64,000 nt of DNA from Eubacteriales bacterium (GTDB lineage Bacteria; Bacillota; Clostridia; Oscillospirales; JAAYXM01), in contig JAZQFJ010000085.1 of the NCBI GenBank assembly GCA_045539475.1, positions 22,320-86,319 on the forward strand. Reading direction: 5' to 3'. Made by a program: the position numbers and the translations under genes. The notes beneath the pieces are model-generated. The model saw nothing but the letters and a program-made list of their open reading frames with translations. It ran no database searches and was not told where the DNA came from. This document shows, piece after piece, positions 63,105-64,000 of the stretch (positions are counted from its first letter, which is position 1; each line of letters starts with the position of its first letter).

Positions 63105-64000
63105 ATGAAAAAGATTATTTCAATTATCCTTGCGGCGGCGATGATGCTCTCTCTCATCCCGTCAGTCTTCGCAGCGGGAGAGACAGATGAGCCGATTAAA
63201 ATTGTGTATAATTTTGCGGGCGGGATTACTAATAGAACGACATTCGGGACAGCCAAAGGCGAGAACTGGACGGTTGCCGGTTTTAAAGACAGCACAACCG
63301 ACACCACAATGACCACGGCAGTAGGTAGTGGCAAAAAAATTAGTAGAAACTCCACTTATAATGCTATTCGAGTTTCAGCTACAGAAGAAGGAAAATACTC
63401 GGTAGCATTTGAATTAACTCTGGATAAAACAGCCAGATATTCATTAACAGTAAAGGCTGTAGCAGCAAGCGGGTTATCAGAAAGCGGACCGTATGTAGAC
63501 GCATATTTGTTTGAAAAAAGTACAGTGTCAAGTATTGAAGAAGGTATAACTGATCAAAACAAGTTTTCTTCAAGCAAATTTACGCAAGTAGGCGAAGAAG
63601 AAGAACTATCCTTTGACAAAGAAAAATACCTTACTGCGGGAGACTATTATTTTGTTTACAGTCCTATGATAACCAGTGGATCAGGCGGTTGGGTAACATT
63701 ACTTTCTTTAACTCTTTCGGAAGAAGATGCAATCCTTACAGGCGAATTCATTCAGGAAGATGATGAGCAAACGCTTGCTACATATGCTAAACCCACTGCA
63801 ATCGGAGTTATCAAAGACGGAACATTGGTAGATGTTACTCCTGTAGGCGCTAATGCTTATACTCTCACAGCACCGGAAACCAACGAAACCGGCAACGAGT
63901 TCCTTTACTGGGCATTGGGACTTACCGGAAACAAGAGAATACTTTCGTTTGAAAGAACTCTTGGAAATTACGTTCCGGCAGGAGAGGGCAGAAACTACCT
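63105..64000 (+). CDS. secreted CBM-like protein, third paralogue (3'-truncated by window end)
   Basis: Absent from the ORF track because it has no stop in the window. AGGAGG RBS. My translation, MKKIISIILAAAMMLSLIPSVFAAGETDEPIKIVYNF..., stays open to position 64000. The signal peptide and module layout parallel those of the 16452 and 26693 genes. Confidence 0.75.
   Translation, partial: MKKIISIILAAAMMLSLIPSVFAAGETDEPIKIVYNFAGGITNRTTFGTAKGENWTVAGFKDSTTDTTMTTAVGSGKKISRNSTYNAIRVSATEEGKYSVAFELTLDKTARYSLTVKAVAASGLSESGPYVDAYLFEKSTVSSIEEGITDQNKFSSSKFTQVGEEEELSFDKEKYLTAGDYYFVYSPMITSGSGGWVTLLSLTLSEEDAILTGEFIQEDDEQTLATYAKPTAIGVIKDGTLVDVTPVGANAYTLTAPETNETGNEFLYWALGLTGNKRILSFERTLGNYVPAGEGRNY

Noticed and set aside
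1-64000. Looked for rRNA, tRNA and CRISPR arrays (regularly spaced short direct repeats), and for classical IS elements with transposase.
   Set aside because: I saw no cloverleaf-like or rRNA-like stretch, no repeat-spacer periodicity and no transposase-like ORF by eye. This is absence of evidence only, since tRNAscan, Infernal and minced were not run.

Overview
Clostridia-type (Firmicutes) chromosomal segment: GGAGG-type RBSs, an alpha/beta SASP gene, an SLH-anchored exoprotein and a CsaB homologue. By eye there are six blocks. (1) 1-5.5 kb: core genes (MFS transporter, transketolase, lyxose-isomerase-like cupin, SASP, Phd/ParE toxin-antitoxin). (2) 5.6-9.5 kb: AT-rich mobile-element replication module (small ORF, RNase H1-HBD-like protein, P4-type primase/SF3 helicase NTPase, Zn-ribbon protein, iteron-like AT-rich tract) with no recombinase. 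(3) 9.6-38.1 kb: glycan-utilisation locus. It holds a 2455-aa SLH-anchored heparinase II/III-like enzyme, a 906-aa secreted paralogue, two GH20-like enzymes, GH3, two Gfo/Idh/MocA oxidoreductases, an orphan ABC solute-binding lipoprotein, AraC, and an unusual number of phosphoesterase folds. (4) 38.3-55.3 kb: serine-recombinase island with two Fic proteins, a Mor-like regulator, Xis-like HTH, an amidoligase plus class-II amidotransferase pair, a resolvase, a five-gene type I R-M operon carrying two nested extra genes, and a large serine recombinase. (5) 55.3-61.8 kb: envelope polysaccharide genes (O-antigen-ligase-like, DUF4330-like, GT4-CsaB fusion, GT, MscS). (6) 61.8-64 kb: a second AraC plus secreted CBM-like gene pair running off the window. 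The glycan block is bracketed by a diverged ~75-bp direct repeat sitting at the inner edges of both mobile modules. I saw no rRNA, tRNA or CRISPR array. All family names come from motif recognition by eye; no searches were run.
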